Positions 37,920 to 47,786 of a stretch of 64,000 nt of DNA are shown here, one piece after another. A program made the position numbers and the translations under genes. Source of the stretch: Flavobacteriales bacterium (GTDB lineage: Bacteria > Bacteroidota > Bacteroidia > NS11-12g > UBA955). The stretch lies in assembly GCA_024643755.1 (NCBI GenBank), contig JAHEMG010000001.1, forward strand, positions 6,812 through 70,811, written 5' to 3'. Each line of letters opens with the position of its first letter. Positions within the stretch are counted from its first letter, which is position 1. The notes under the pieces were generated by a model. That model worked only from the letters and a program-made list of their open reading frames with translations, was not told where the DNA came from and made no database searches.

Positions 37920-39254
37920 TTAAAGGTGTCTTACGGCTTCTTTGAACTGTCTGCCGCGGTCTTCGTAGCTATCGAACAAGTCGAAGCTGGCACAGGCTGG
38001 CGACAGCAATACGATATCGCCCTGTTCGGCCATTTTTGAGGCCACGTGAACGGCTTCTTTGGCAGAGCTGGTGTTGATGATCAGGTCTACATCGGCTTGA
38101 AACGCTTGGTGAATCTTGATGTTGTCGAGTCCCAAGCAAATGATCATTTTTACTTTGCTCTTCACCAAGTTTTTCAAATCAGCATAGTTGTTGCCTTTGT
38201 CGACCCCACCTGCAATCCATACCACAGGTCTGTCCATGCTCTCGAGCGCATACCAAGCTGAATTGACGTTGGTGGCTTTTGAATCGTTGATGTAGTCTAC
38301 ACCCCCGACTTTTTGGACAAACTCCAAGCGATGCTCAGCGTTTTGGAAATTGGTAAAGCTTTCGCGGATACTGTCCTTGCGAACGTCCATCAAGCTTGCA
38401 GCCACAGAAGCGGCCATGCTGTTGTAGGCGTTGTGTTGCCCACGGAGTGTGAATTCATGCATATCGAGAGTAAATTTTTCTTTAATGAGGATGTGTAAAA
38501 GGTTGTCTAAGCCATAGGCCCCCTGCGTAACCGGCTGTTGCAGACTGAAGGGGATGGCTTGGGATTGGAATGGGTTACGCGACATCGCCTCACGGGTGAG
38601 TTGATCGTCTGCGCAGTATATGAAATAGTCCTCAGCCGTTTGGTTCTTGGTGATGCGCATTTTGCTGTTGGCATAGGCGTTAACATCATAATTGTATCGA
38701 TCCAAATGGTCTGGGGTGATGTTGCACAAAATGGCGATGTGACTGCGATATTGGTCTATGCCATCGAGTTGGAAACTGCTCATCTCCACCACGTAATAGT
38801 CGAATTGCTCCTGCGCAACTTGTCGGGCCAAAGACCTACCAATGTTTCCCGCTAAGCCCACATTCAATCCTGCTTGTCTCAGCAAATGGTAGGTGAGCAA
38901 GGTGGTGGTGGTTTTGCCATTGGTGCCTGTGATGCTGATCATTTTGGCTTGGGTATATCTGAACCCAAATTCCAGTTCGTCGATCACTTCAATCCCTTTT
39001 TGCAAAGCTGCCATCACCATGGGGGCGGTGTGGGGGATGCCTGGACTTTTGATGATTAGGTCGGCAGACAGGATCTTTTCTTCACTGTGCTGCTCTTGTT
39101 CCCAGGCGATGTTGTTCAGGTTGAGTTCGTCTTGGTATTTCTGGGCGATTTTTCCGCGGTCCGACACAAATACATCCCAGTTTTGGGCAACGCCCAAAAC
39201 TGCGGCACCTGTGCCACTTTCGCCTGCTCCCAATATGACCAATCGCTTTCTCAA
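37920..39254 (-). CDS. murD: UDP-N-acetylmuramoylalanine--D-glutamate ligase
   Basis: ILGAGESGTGAA N-terminus. GTNGKTTT P-loop. Confidence 0.95.
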   Translation of the reverse strand: MRKRLVILGAGESGTGAAVLGVAQNWDVFVSDRGKIAQKYQDELNLNNIAWEQEQHSEEKILSADLIIKSPGIPHTAPMVMAALQKGIEVIDELEFGFRYTQAKMISITGTNGKTTTTLLTYHLLRQAGLNVGLAGNIGRSLARQVAQEQFDYYVVEMSSFQLDGIDQYRSHIAILCNITPDHLDRYNYDVNAYANSKMRITKNQTAEDYFIYCADDQLTREAMSRNPFQSQAIPFSLQQPVTQGAYGLDNLLHILIKEKFTLDMHEFTLRGQHNAYNSMAASVAASLMDVRKDSIRESFTNFQNAEHRLEFVQKVGGVDYINDSKATNVNSAWYALESMDRPVVWIAGGVDKGNNYADLKNLVKSKVKMIICLGLDNIKIHQAFQADVDLIINTSSAKEAVHVASKMAEQGDIVLLSPACASFDLFDSYEDRGRQFKEAVRHL

Positions 39255-40384
39255 CGCAGTTTAATGAGGGCTAGTGTGGCTAAAACGAGAATAATGGTGA
39301 TCAACCAGAAGCGGATGGTAATCTTGCTTTCAGGTAAGTTTTTCTTCTGGAAATGGTGGTGCAGGGGCGACATCAAGAAGATGCGCTTGCCTTCCCCAAA
39401 GCGTTTTTTGGTATACTTGAAATAGCTAACCTGCAAAATCACAGAGCCACTTTCGGCCAAGAAAACACCGCACAAAATGGGCAGTAACAATTCCATTTTG
39501 ATGATGATGGCTACGGCTGCAACTGCGCCTCCCAATGCCATCGATCCAGTATCGCCCATGAAAACTTGGGCTGGGTAGCCGTTGTACCACAAAAAGCCCA
39601 AGCAAGCGCCAATAACCGCCGCCAAGAATATTACCACCTCGCCCGAATTGGGTACGTAGATGATGTTTAGGTATTGGGCAATTTTGATGTTACCCGCAGC
39701 ATAAGCCAAAATCCCAAGGCCCACACCCACAATGGCAGTGGTGCCCGCGGCAAGTCCATCGATACCATCGGTCAGGTTCACTGCGTTGGTTACCGCCATC
39801 ACAATGAAGATGATGATGGGTACGTAAATGATCCAAGCGTTGTGCGCCCCAGGGATGAACTGTGAGTAATTTAAAATGTTCTTGGTGATGGGTAAGTTGG
39901 TGGTGAGTTCCAAGTGATTCACACTGTGCGTGTGGTCAATGGTGATCGCAATCAGCGCACCCAACATCAATTGTCCAATCAATTTGGTGGTGGCCTTCAT
40001 GCCTTCTTTGTCCTTTTTGAATACCTTGATATAATCGTCGATACCGCCAATCACGCCCATCCAAATGGTGCTGATAATCATTACGATTACATAGATATTG
40101 TCGAGCCGGGCGAGAAGGAGCGTAGGGACAAGAATGCTCAAGATGATGATGATTCCACCCATGGTAGGGGTGCCTTTTTTCTGCATTTGTCCTTCGAGGC
40201 CGAGCTCGCGGATGGTTTCGCCAATTTGCTGACGTTGTAGCCATCCGATGATGCTTTTGCCTGCGATCAGCGCAAACAACAAGCTGATGATCCCTGCCAA
40301 TGATGCCCGGAAAGAGATGTATTTGAACACGCCGGCGCCGGCAATGCCCAATTTGTCGAGATGTTCAAACAAGTAGTATAACAT
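39251..40384 (-). CDS. mraY: Phospho-N-acetylmuramoyl-pentapeptide transferase
   Basis: Polytopic membrane protein with MraY signatures (PTMGG, NAVNLTDGIDGLA). Confidence 0.95.
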   Translation of the reverse strand: MLYYLFEHLDKLGIAGAGVFKYISFRASLAGIISLLFALIAGKSIIGWLQRQQIGETIRELGLEGQMQKKGTPTMGGIIIILSILVPTLLLARLDNIYVIVMIISTIWMGVIGGIDDYIKVFKKDKEGMKATTKLIGQLMLGALIAITIDHTHSVNHLELTTNLPITKNILNYSQFIPGAHNAWIIYVPIIIFIVMAVTNAVNLTDGIDGLAAGTTAIVGVGLGILAYAAGNIKIAQYLNIIYVPNSGEVVIFLAAVIGACLGFLWYNGYPAQVFMGDTGSMALGGAVAAVAIIIKMELLLPILCGVFLAESGSVILQVSYFKYTKKRFGEGKRIFLMSPLHHHFQKKNLPESKITIRFWLITIILVLATLALIKLR

Positions 40385-40395
40385 GGCTCTGTGTA

Positions 40396-41856
40396 TTATT
40401 CGATGAGTTTAAAGGTTTCGCTGAGGATTTGTTTATCGTCGAAAGGATGCTTCACCCCCTGAACGTCTTGGTAGGTTTCGTGTCCTTTCCCGGCCACCAA
40501 GATGATATCGCCCGTTTGTGCCATGAGCACCGCGGTTTTGATGGCTTCTTTGCGATCGGTGATTTTTACGATGCGTTTGTAGTGTTGTGGTTCAACGCCT
40601 GCCTCCATTTGTGATAGGATGACTTGCGGCTCCTCGAAACGGGGATTGTCGCTGGTGAGAATCGCGCGGTTGCTCAATTCGGCGGCGAGTTTGCCCATTT
40701 CTGGTCGTTTGGCTTGGTCTCGGTTGCCGCCACAGCCCACCACAGTGATGAGGTTTACGCTGTTTTTTCTGATTTCGTTGATCGTTTGCAACACGTTTTT
40801 CAATGCATCTGGCGTGTGAGCGTAGTCCACGATGGCCGTGATCCTGTTGGGACCTCTTAATACTTCAAACCTTCCGTTGACTTTGCCCAATGCGCTCATC
40901 TGGATGGGTAGTTCGGGATCGCCCTCCGTAAGCAAAAAGGCGGTGGCGTAAACGGCGCACAGATTGTAAGCATTGAATCCGCCAATCAACGGGGTCCAGA
41001 ACTCGGTTTGGTTTAACTGCAATTGCATTCCAGTGAAGTCGTGCTCAGAAACCCGAACAGTGAAATCGGCGGGTTGCTTCATGGCGTAGGTGTAACGCAT
41101 CGCCTTGGTGTTTTGCAACATTACCATACCATTTCGGTCGTCTTTGTTGGTCACCGCAAACGCATCGCCCGGTAGCTCATCGAAAAATTGTTTCTTAGCT
41201 TTGAGGTAGTTGTCGAACGTTTTATGGTAATCCAAATGGTCGTGGGTGAGGTTGGTGAAAACGCCCGCGGTAAACGGCACGCCAGCAATTCTGCGCTGAT
41301 CCACCGCATGAGAGCTTACTTCCATAAAACAGTGGCTGCAGCCAGCATCTGCCATCTGGGCCAACAAGCCGTGCAGTGCAACAATATTGGGGGTGGTGTG
41401 TGTGCTGGGGATGATGTCTTTGCCGATGCGATTTTCAACGGTAGATATCAGGCCGCACAAATGGCCTCGGAAGGTGAATAAATCAAACAGCAACGTGCTT
41501 ACGCTCGTTTTTCCGTTGGTGCCGGTGGTGCCTACGATGGTGATTTTTTCGGCTTTGCGATCGTAGAAATTCAAGCAAATTTCACCCAAGGCCTTGGCTA
41601 CATTGTTGACCAAAACATAGGCCACGCCATCGCGCAGTGCAGCGGGTAGTGTGCTGCATAAAATGGCTGATGCTCCTGCATCTATACATCCGTCGATAAA
41701 TGTGTGTCCGTCTACCGTAGTGCCCTGCATGGCTGCATACAAACTGTCTGTGGTTACTGCTCTGCTATCGATCTGGAGATTTTCCACGCGCACGTCCACC
41801 GCTCCGTATACTTCTGCGGAATCCAACGTGGCGATGAGCTGCTTGAGGGTTTTCAT
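40396..41856 (-). CDS. murE: UDP-MurNAc-L-Ala-D-Glu--2,6-diaminopimelate ligase
   Basis: Mur ligase with GTTGTNGKTS P-loop. C-terminal DNPR motif (SDNPRFEEP) indicates meso-DAP specificity. Confidence 0.9.
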   Translation of the reverse strand: MKTLKQLIATLDSAEVYGAVDVRVENLQIDSRAVTTDSLYAAMQGTTVDGHTFIDGCIDAGASAILCSTLPAALRDGVAYVLVNNVAKALGEICLNFYDRKAEKITIVGTTGTNGKTSVSTLLFDLFTFRGHLCGLISTVENRIGKDIIPSTHTTPNIVALHGLLAQMADAGCSHCFMEVSSHAVDQRRIAGVPFTAGVFTNLTHDHLDYHKTFDNYLKAKKQFFDELPGDAFAVTNKDDRNGMVMLQNTKAMRYTYAMKQPADFTVRVSEHDFTGMQLQLNQTEFWTPLIGGFNAYNLCAVYATAFLLTEGDPELPIQMSALGKVNGRFEVLRGPNRITAIVDYAHTPDALKNVLQTINEIRKNSVNLITVVGCGGNRDQAKRPEMGKLAAELSNRAILTSDNPRFEEPQVILSQMEAGVEPQHYKRIVKITDRKEAIKTAVLMAQTGDIILVAGKGHETYQDVQGVKHPFDDKQILSETFKLIE

Positions 41857-41862
41857 GGACGG

Positions 41863-44013
41863 TTAGTAGGGTTTGAGTATGAGGACAACTTCGTTGACGG
41901 TATTCAGTTTGGTATTGGGCGCTGGGGCTTGGTCGCTGATTCTGCCGTAGCCGCTATAGTTGGCTTTGATGCCCAAATCGCTCAGTAGTTTCAGTGCGTC
42001 GCGCAATCCCATGCCGCGTAAATCGGGTAGGTTGGATTGCTCAATTTTCATGGGTTTCAACTTTACCGAGTGCGCCTCTTTGATGGGGTCGATGTATTGG
42101 CCATGGAGTACGGGGTGGCTGTTTTTGGATTGACTGTCGAGTAGTAACTGTGAGCTGATGCCGATGTCGTTCAATACCCACTTGGTTTTGTTTACATCGC
42201 CTTTCAGAATGCCGGGAACTTGTGGCAAGCTAGCGGTGTGTAAGGTGGGCTGTACTTTGATATGGGTGCTGTAAATGCGATCGCTGATGTTTTTGAATAT
42301 TGGCGCAGCGATTTGCGAGCCGGAGTATCGACCACTTTTGGGGTTGTTTACCACCACCACGATGGTGTACTGGGGATTGTTGGCAGGGAAGAAGCCCGCG
42401 AAGGATGCTTGGTACTGCTTTTGGTTTTCGCCATTGTAGCCGCCTTTGCCACTGGAAATCCAAGCGGTTCCGGTTTTACCCGCAATTTTGTAGTTGTCGG
42501 TTTTGATGCCATTGGCAGTACCGTTGTCTACCACCTGTACCAACATTTGGGTAAGGGTTGCTGCGGTTTTTGCGCTAACGGCACGTTCGTTCAACACGAT
42601 GGGTTCGATTTTGGACTGGGTTTGTCCTTCATGGCGGATTTCCTTCACCATGTAGGGTTGCATCATTTTGCCCTGGTTGGCGATGGTGTTGTAAAGCATC
42701 AGCGTTTGCATCGGAGAAATTTTGCTGCTGTAGCCGATGCTCAAAGAAGGCAAGCTGGTGCCCGACCATCCCGATTGATCTGGGGTGGCGATGCTGGGGT
42801 TGCTACTTGAAGGAATGTCGAATTTGGGTTTGATGTGCAAGCCCAAGTCCAAGGCGTGTTGCGTGAATTTTTCGGGGTCCTTTTTGTAATGCTGCATCAC
42901 AAATTTGCTGGTGCCCACGTTGGAAGAATATTGCAAACACTCGCTCAAGGTGTAGTAGCGCTTTTTGGGCTTTACTGCATCCTCGAGTTTCATATCATAC
43001 CACTTCCACTTGCCCCAAGAATTGTCGATGCTATCGGTGGTGCTGACTTTGCCGTCTTCCAGCAGTGCGATGGCCGATAATAATTTGAACGTGGAGCCGG
43101 GTTCAGTGAATTCGCTCACGGCATAGTTTTGGGCTTCGTAATATTGTCCGTCTTCCCCGCGTTTGAGGTTGGCCATGGCTTTGATGGCGCCGGTCTTGCT
43201 CTCCATGACAATCACACATCCGTGGTCTGCTGATTCGGCTTCCAAACCTTTTTGCAATGCGTACTGGGCGATGTCTTGAATTCTAACGTCTAACGTGGTT
43301 ACGATATCTTTGCCATTGATTGCGCCGCGGTTGTTGCCGACTTGAATCGGACGCCAGGTTTGGCCGCTCATGCGTTGCTGCATTTGGGTGCCGTTTTTGC
43401 CCCTGAGTAAGGTGTCGAACGCGCCCTCAAGTCCAACCGCTGTCTTGTCTTTGATATACCCAATGGTTCTTTTGGCGAGTTCACCCATGAAGTACATGCG
43501 CTTGCCTTTTTCCTCGTACCAGATGCCGCCTTTGAATTTTCCCAAACGGGCGATGGGCCAAGTTTTGATGGCTTTGACCTGTTCGAAGCCCAAGTCTTTG
43601 CCGATTTTTAGGTAACGGGTGCGTTTTTCACGGTGCTTGATAAAGTATTCCTTCCATTGGCTGGGGTTGCGCTCAGGGAACATGCGCGACATCATCATGC
43701 TGAAGCTATCAATTTTGGCAATGAATACTTGTGAGGTGAGGCCGTCGGCACGTAGGTCGAAGATGACGTCGTACTTTGGGACAGATGTTGCGAGGAGGCT
43801 TCCATCGTCGGCATAGATATTTCCGCGCAGGGCTTCGATTTCAACCACCCGGGTGTTTTTTGCGCTGAGTTCTTCGCGGAATTTGTCGTCGGTGCCGAGT
43901 TGCAATTTGATCGCTGTGATGAAAATGGATACGGCGAAAACGGCGAGTAGGGCAAAGACGATATAGGCCCTGACCAAAATGACTTTCCTGGAATTGACTT
44001 TAGTCTTGCTCAT
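41863..44013 (-). CDS. ftsI: Penicillin-binding protein (FtsI/PBP3-type transpeptidase) with C-terminal PASTA domain
   Basis: N-terminal TM. Transpeptidase motifs (STFK, SSN, KTGT). C-terminal PASTA-like LPDLRGMGLRDALKLL. Confidence 0.9.
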   Translation of the reverse strand: MSKTKVNSRKVILVRAYIVFALLAVFAVSIFITAIKLQLGTDDKFREELSAKNTRVVEIEALRGNIYADDGSLLATSVPKYDVIFDLRADGLTSQVFIAKIDSFSMMMSRMFPERNPSQWKEYFIKHREKRTRYLKIGKDLGFEQVKAIKTWPIARLGKFKGGIWYEEKGKRMYFMGELAKRTIGYIKDKTAVGLEGAFDTLLRGKNGTQMQQRMSGQTWRPIQVGNNRGAINGKDIVTTLDVRIQDIAQYALQKGLEAESADHGCVIVMESKTGAIKAMANLKRGEDGQYYEAQNYAVSEFTEPGSTFKLLSAIALLEDGKVSTTDSIDNSWGKWKWYDMKLEDAVKPKKRYYTLSECLQYSSNVGTSKFVMQHYKKDPEKFTQHALDLGLHIKPKFDIPSSSNPSIATPDQSGWSGTSLPSLSIGYSSKISPMQTLMLYNTIANQGKMMQPYMVKEIRHEGQTQSKIEPIVLNERAVSAKTAATLTQMLVQVVDNGTANGIKTDNYKIAGKTGTAWISSGKGGYNGENQKQYQASFAGFFPANNPQYTIVVVVNNPKSGRYSGSQIAAPIFKNISDRIYSTHIKVQPTLHTASLPQVPGILKGDVNKTKWVLNDIGISSQLLLDSQSKNSHPVLHGQYIDPIKEAHSVKLKPMKIEQSNLPDLRGMGLRDALKLLSDLGIKANYSGYGRISDQAPAPNTKLNTVNEVVLILKPY

Positions 44014-44368
44014 GGGGTTTTGTCAGTTTGATGGGCGGGGTAGTGATTTCTTTCAAGCCACTGCCTTCGAGGCGTTTGCTCAATTCACTCTGTTTGCTTG
44101 CGTTGGTGGTTTGGCTTTCCAAGCTGATGCGTTCGCTGTGGAGTTCCTTGAGTTCTTTGGTGAGTTTTTCTTTGTTGCGGATGGCTTTGTTGGCGTGGTG
44201 CGAGTTGTAGATATAGAACAACATCAGGGCAAAGCCCACCAAGGCGAATTTGATCCAGCTCCATGTAGGGATGGGGGCATCCTGTGAAGGGGTGCTTGCT
44301 GCCGATGAGGGATCGCCCATCACGGTTTGCGGATCGATGTCGGCGTTTAGGAATGGGTTCTCTTCCAT
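44000..44368 (-). CDS. ftsL: FtsL-like cell division protein
   Basis: 122 aa with a single TM (IKFALVGFALMLFYIY) then coiled coil. Located between rsmH and ftsI. Confidence 0.75.
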   Translation of the reverse strand: MEENPFLNADIDPQTVMGDPSSAASTPSQDAPIPTWSWIKFALVGFALMLFYIYNSHHANKAIRNKEKLTKELKELHSERISLESQTTNASKQSELSKRLEGSGLKEITTPPIKLTKPHEQD

Positions 44369-45270
44369 GTGTTGCGTACTCCTATTCTCATTTTTGCACT
44401 GCGTGCACGTTTGTTGCGTTCAATTTCTTCGGCGTCTGGGGCGATCGCGGCGTTTGGCATGCTATCAAAGGGTTTGCTGATGTGTCCATACAGGTCGGTA
44501 TGTCGCTCACCTTGCAAATTGCCGGTTTGAAACAGGTGTTTTACCAAGCGATCTTCCAGTGAATGGTAGGCGATAACCACCAATTTGCCACCGGGTTTGA
44601 TGATGTGTTCAGCGTCTTGGAGTAGTGTTTCCAAAACGAACATTTCTTTGTTTACGGCGATGCGCAGCGCCTGGAAAACTTGGCTCAGGTATTTGGCGGG
44701 TGTTTTTCCGGGGGTGCAGGGGGCGATGGCTGCTTTGAAGCCTTCTATGGTGCTCAGGTCCTTGCTGCCGCGAGATCTGCAAATGACTTCTGCGAGTCTG
44801 CGGGCATTGGGGATTTCGCCGTATTGCTTAAAGATGTGTAGTAAATCTGCTTCGCTGCCGGTATTTACCAGGTGTGCGGCGGAGGTGGGGTTTTGGGCCG
44901 ACATGCGCATATCGAGCGGACCATTTAGTCTGTGTGCAAATCCCCGTTCTCCAACATCAATTTGGTGTGAAGAGATACCGAGGTCTGCAAGTATGCCATC
45001 TACGGGAAGGGCTTTGAGGTATTCGAGGTAGGGTTTGGTGAACTGAAAATTGTGGTTTACCAGGGTGAATCGGGGATCAGAAGGCACGCGTTGCAGGGTG
45101 TCTTCGTCTTGGTCGAAGGCGATGAGTTTGCCTTTGGGGGAGAGTTTGTTGAGAATGGCGCGACTGTGTCCGCCGCCGCCGAAGGTAACGTCAACATAGG
45201 TGCCGTCTGGGTTGGTTACCAGGGCATCCACGCTGGGATGAAGAAGGACGGGGTCGTGGTAGTCGTACAT
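44347..45270 (-). CDS. rsmH: 16S rRNA (cytosine1402-N4)-methyltransferase RsmH (MraW)
   Basis: HxPVLL start region and GGGGHSRAIL SAM motif. The start could be 18 nt further upstream (45288). Confidence 0.9.
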   Translation of the reverse strand: MYDYHDPVLLHPSVDALVTNPDGTYVDVTFGGGGHSRAILNKLSPKGKLIAFDQDEDTLQRVPSDPRFTLVNHNFQFTKPYLEYLKALPVDGILADLGISSHQIDVGERGFAHRLNGPLDMRMSAQNPTSAAHLVNTGSEADLLHIFKQYGEIPNARRLAEVICRSRGSKDLSTIEGFKAAIAPCTPGKTPAKYLSQVFQALRIAVNKEMFVLETLLQDAEHIIKPGGKLVVIAYHSLEDRLVKHLFQTGNLQGERHTDLYGHISKPFDSMPNAAIAPDAEEIERNKRARSAKMRIGVRNTWKRTHS

Positions 45271-45304
45271 ACGCAAACAGTTGGCCAACGGCCCGATGCG
45301 CTAC

Positions 45305-45763
45305 TTACCCTTGGTTGCGTTGTTGGTGAAACAATTGCGCCAACTGAGACATTTCGGTAGCGTCAACATTGAGTTCAGATTCGTAAATGGCTTGATCCCA
45401 CAATTCAATTTTGTTGCCATTGGCTACCAAGATTACTTCGGCGGAGAGCTCGGCGTATTCTAGGAGTTTCTTTGGGACCAAAATGCGTTGTGCGCCATCG
45501 ATCTGAACCAAGTTGGCACCGTTGGTGAAGATTCGTTTGAACCGACGGATGTCGGGACTCATGAAATCATCCACAGCGTTCAGTTTGGCAGTTTCATCCA
45601 GCCAATCTTCCTTGGTGTAGAGCACCAGACACTTCTCGAATCCGCGGTTCACCACGAGGGTATTGCCAACCGCTTCGGGGAACTGAGCCCGAAGTTTCGA
45701 CGGAATGGAAAGTCTTCCTTTCTCGTCCAGTTTGCAATTAAACTCTCCAATGAATGCGGTCAT
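45305..45763 (-). CDS. mraZ: Transcriptional regulator MraZ
   Basis: Tandem MraZ/SpoVT-AbrB repeats (MTAFIGEFNCKLDEKGRLSIP; DGAQRILVPKKLLEYAEL). Start set at M20 because the longer ORF would cover its own operator repeats. Confidence 0.9.
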   Translation of the reverse strand: MTAFIGEFNCKLDEKGRLSIPSKLRAQFPEAVGNTLVVNRGFEKCLVLYTKEDWLDETAKLNAVDDFMSPDIRRFKRIFTNGANLVQIDGAQRILVPKKLLEYAELSAEVILVANGNKIELWDQAIYESELNVDATEMSQLAQLFHQQRNQG

Positions 45764-45800
45764 TCTGTGTTGGTTTTTTCTGTCTGCTAAATAAATATGC

Positions 45801-45830
45801 AATTTCCCACAATTTCCCACATTCTCCCCT
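45801..45830 (-). promoter_or_regulatory. MraZ operator-like direct repeats (2 x GTGGGAAATT plus degenerate third GGGGAGAATG) upstream of mraZ
   Basis: The minus strand reads AGGGGAGAATGTGGGAAATTGTGGGAAATT. This is a 10-bp periodicity of GTGGG boxes 40-65 nt upstream of the mraZ ATG, matching the described MraZ box arrangement. Confidence 0.6.
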
Positions 45831-45955
45831 TTTTAACCACTTGTTTTCCACATTGTACCACAAAGTGGGGGATTGTTGAAAAAATACGTCGGAATTCCAC
45901 GATTTAGACAGTGCAAAACTAACATAAAAACACTGAAATACAAGGGTTTTGCTGG

Positions 45956-46019
45956 CTGTGGGAGAAAGTGGAGCAATTTTTAGGGTGTTTGGGGTGTTTT
46001 GGGGGGAAGGTGGGAGATT
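45956..46019 (+). promoter_or_regulatory. Second array of G-rich 9-10-bp repeats (GTGGGAGAAA GTGGAGCAAT ... GGGTGTTTG GGGTGTTTTG GGGGGAAG GTGGGAGATTG) upstream of divergent gene
   Basis: Seen directly in sequence. Five to six GTGGG/GGGTG boxes with roughly 10-bp phasing end 14 nt before ATG 46033. Confidence 0.4.
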
Positions 46020-46032
46020 GTATCTTTGGTTC

Positions 46033-46803
46033 ATGCGAAAGGGCATCAAATACATCATGGCAGGGGTCTGCGCCTTGGGGTTATCCACATTGATGGCCCA
46101 GGATTTGGTGTCGGTTCGTCCATTAAACATCCCTAAGATGTGGGGGATGGGGGTAAATGTGCGACATTTCGGCTATGATGCGACGTTGATGATGGAGCAG
46201 CCCGGTTTGCGTGCGGTGAAGACCCAGCAGTTGTGGTTGGGGGTGATGAAGGATCCGCGTGAAATGCGGGTGTTGAATGAGCGATTGCCGGGCAGCACTT
46301 CTTTTGCCATTGAACGCGTTACGCACAACATTGCATTGCGATATCAGTGGGGCAGGAGTGTTATTTTGAGTGATCGACAATCGCGCGGTGATGTTGGGTT
46401 GCGATTGAATGCTTCAGTGCAGGCGCCTGTGAATTATTCTTGGCCTTTATATGTATGGTTGTATCAGCCAGCGCCATTGACGGATGGTTATACTGCGGTA
46501 GCGTATGATCCGGCAGTGCACGATGTGGGGTTGGTGGGTGGTACGGCCCGATACGGATTGGGGTTTTCGCAAGGAAAGTTCACCCCTGGTTTGGGTGGTT
46601 TGGTTTCGATGCAGGCCGAATGGGGTAGTTATCGCAATGTGGTAAACCGACTTGTTTTGGGGTTTGGTGTGGATCGCTATGTAAAAAAATTGCCCATGTG
46701 GCATCGCCCTGAAATGAATCGAAACTTCTTCCCGTCGGTATTTGTTACCTTTGCAGTAGGATTTGACTATGGCCAACGCCAAACTGTTTATCCTACTCCA
46801 TAA
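46033..46803 (+). CDS. Hypothetical secreted protein, probable small outer-membrane beta-barrel
   Basis: Signal peptide MRKGIKYIMAGVCALGLSTLMAQ. Alternating hydrophobic beta-strand-like segments. C-terminal aromatic-rich ending. Confidence 0.4.
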   Translation: MRKGIKYIMAGVCALGLSTLMAQDLVSVRPLNIPKMWGMGVNVRHFGYDATLMMEQPGLRAVKTQQLWLGVMKDPREMRVLNERLPGSTSFAIERVTHNIALRYQWGRSVILSDRQSRGDVGLRLNASVQAPVNYSWPLYVWLYQPAPLTDGYTAVAYDPAVHDVGLVGGTARYGLGFSQGKFTPGLGGLVSMQAEWGSYRNVVNRLVLGFGVDRYVKKLPMWHRPEMNRNFFPSVFVTFAVGFDYGQRQTVYPTP

Positions 46804-46818
46804 AATATACCCATCGCC

Positions 46819-47691
46819 GTGATAGAACTACCCATTGTATCCAAAGAAAAGCGTACGCCTAAGCCCAGCTGGCTGAAAATCGAACTGCCCACCGGAGAAA
46901 ATTATACCCGTGTGAAGCGCATCGTGAAGGAACATAAATTACACACCATTTGTGAAGATGGCAGATGTCCGAATATGGGCGAATGTTGGGGCGAAGGCAC
47001 AGCAACGTTCATGATTTTGGGCAATGTATGTACCCGGAGTTGTAGTTTTTGTGCGGTGGCAACGGGCCGTCCAACGGAGTACGATATGAATGAGCCCGAG
47101 CGCGTTGCGGAAGCCGTGAAATTGATGGGGGTGAAGCATTGTGTGATTACCTCTGTGAATCGCGATGAGTTGAAAGACAAAGGGGCTACGGTGTGGGCAG
47201 AAACGGTGAAAGCGGTGAAAGCGTTGAATCCAGAAACCACCATCGAAACGTTGATTCCTGATTTTAAAGCGCAGTGGGATTTGTTGTATATGGTGTTGGA
47301 TGCGGGGGCTGAAGTGACCTCCCACAACATGGAAACTGTGGAACGACTGTATCGCATGGTACGTCCCCAAGCCAAATACGCCCGTAGTTTGGAGCAAACC
47401 AAGCGCACGCATGAGTATGGCAGAAGGACGAAATCTGGGGCGATGTTGGGGCTTGGAGAAACGGACGATGAGGTGAAGCAGTTGATGGAAGATTTGCGGG
47501 AGAATGGGTGTGATGTGCTTACGTTGGGACAGTATTTACAGCCCACCAAAATGCATTTGGAGGTGAAGGAATTTGTGCATCCCGATAAGTTTAAGCACTG
47601 GGAAGAGTTGGGATTGCAGATGGGATTCCGTTTTGTAGAAAGCGGTCCGATGGTCAGAAGTTCCTACCACGCTGAAAAACACGTACTATAA
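46819..47691 (+). CDS. lipA: Lipoyl synthase
   Basis: Radical SAM CxxxCxxC (CTRSCSFC) plus N-terminal auxiliary cluster cysteines ([12 protein letters not shown]). Confidence 0.95.
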   Translation: MIELPIVSKEKRTPKPSWLKIELPTGENYTRVKRIVKEHKLHTICEDGRCPNMGECWGEGTATFMILGNVCTRSCSFCAVATGRPTEYDMNEPERVAEAVKLMGVKHCVITSVNRDELKDKGATVWAETVKAVKALNPETTIETLIPDFKAQWDLLYMVLDAGAEVTSHNMETVERLYRMVRPQAKYARSLEQTKRTHEYGRRTKSGAMLGLGETDDEVKQLMEDLRENGCDVLTLGQYLQPTKMHLEVKEFVHPDKFKHWEELGLQMGFRFVESGPMVRSSYHAEKHVL

Positions 47692-47786
47692 TGTCTAATT
47701 CTTTTATGTATTTCTCCCATAGAAATTGGAAAAGTAAGGATACATTGTTTAATTTGTAAAATACCTAAAATAGACTAAAACATCTT

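Noticed and set aside
45764-45820. N-terminal 19-aa extension of mraZ (MGNCGKLHIYLADRKNQHR)
   Set aside because: It would translate through the MraZ box repeats. The MraZ fold begins at MTAFIGEF.
45949-46032. N-terminal extension of the 46033 gene (MLAVGESGAIFRVFGVFWGEGG...)
   Set aside because: It is a translation of the G-rich repeat array. The signal peptide starts at MRKGIKY.
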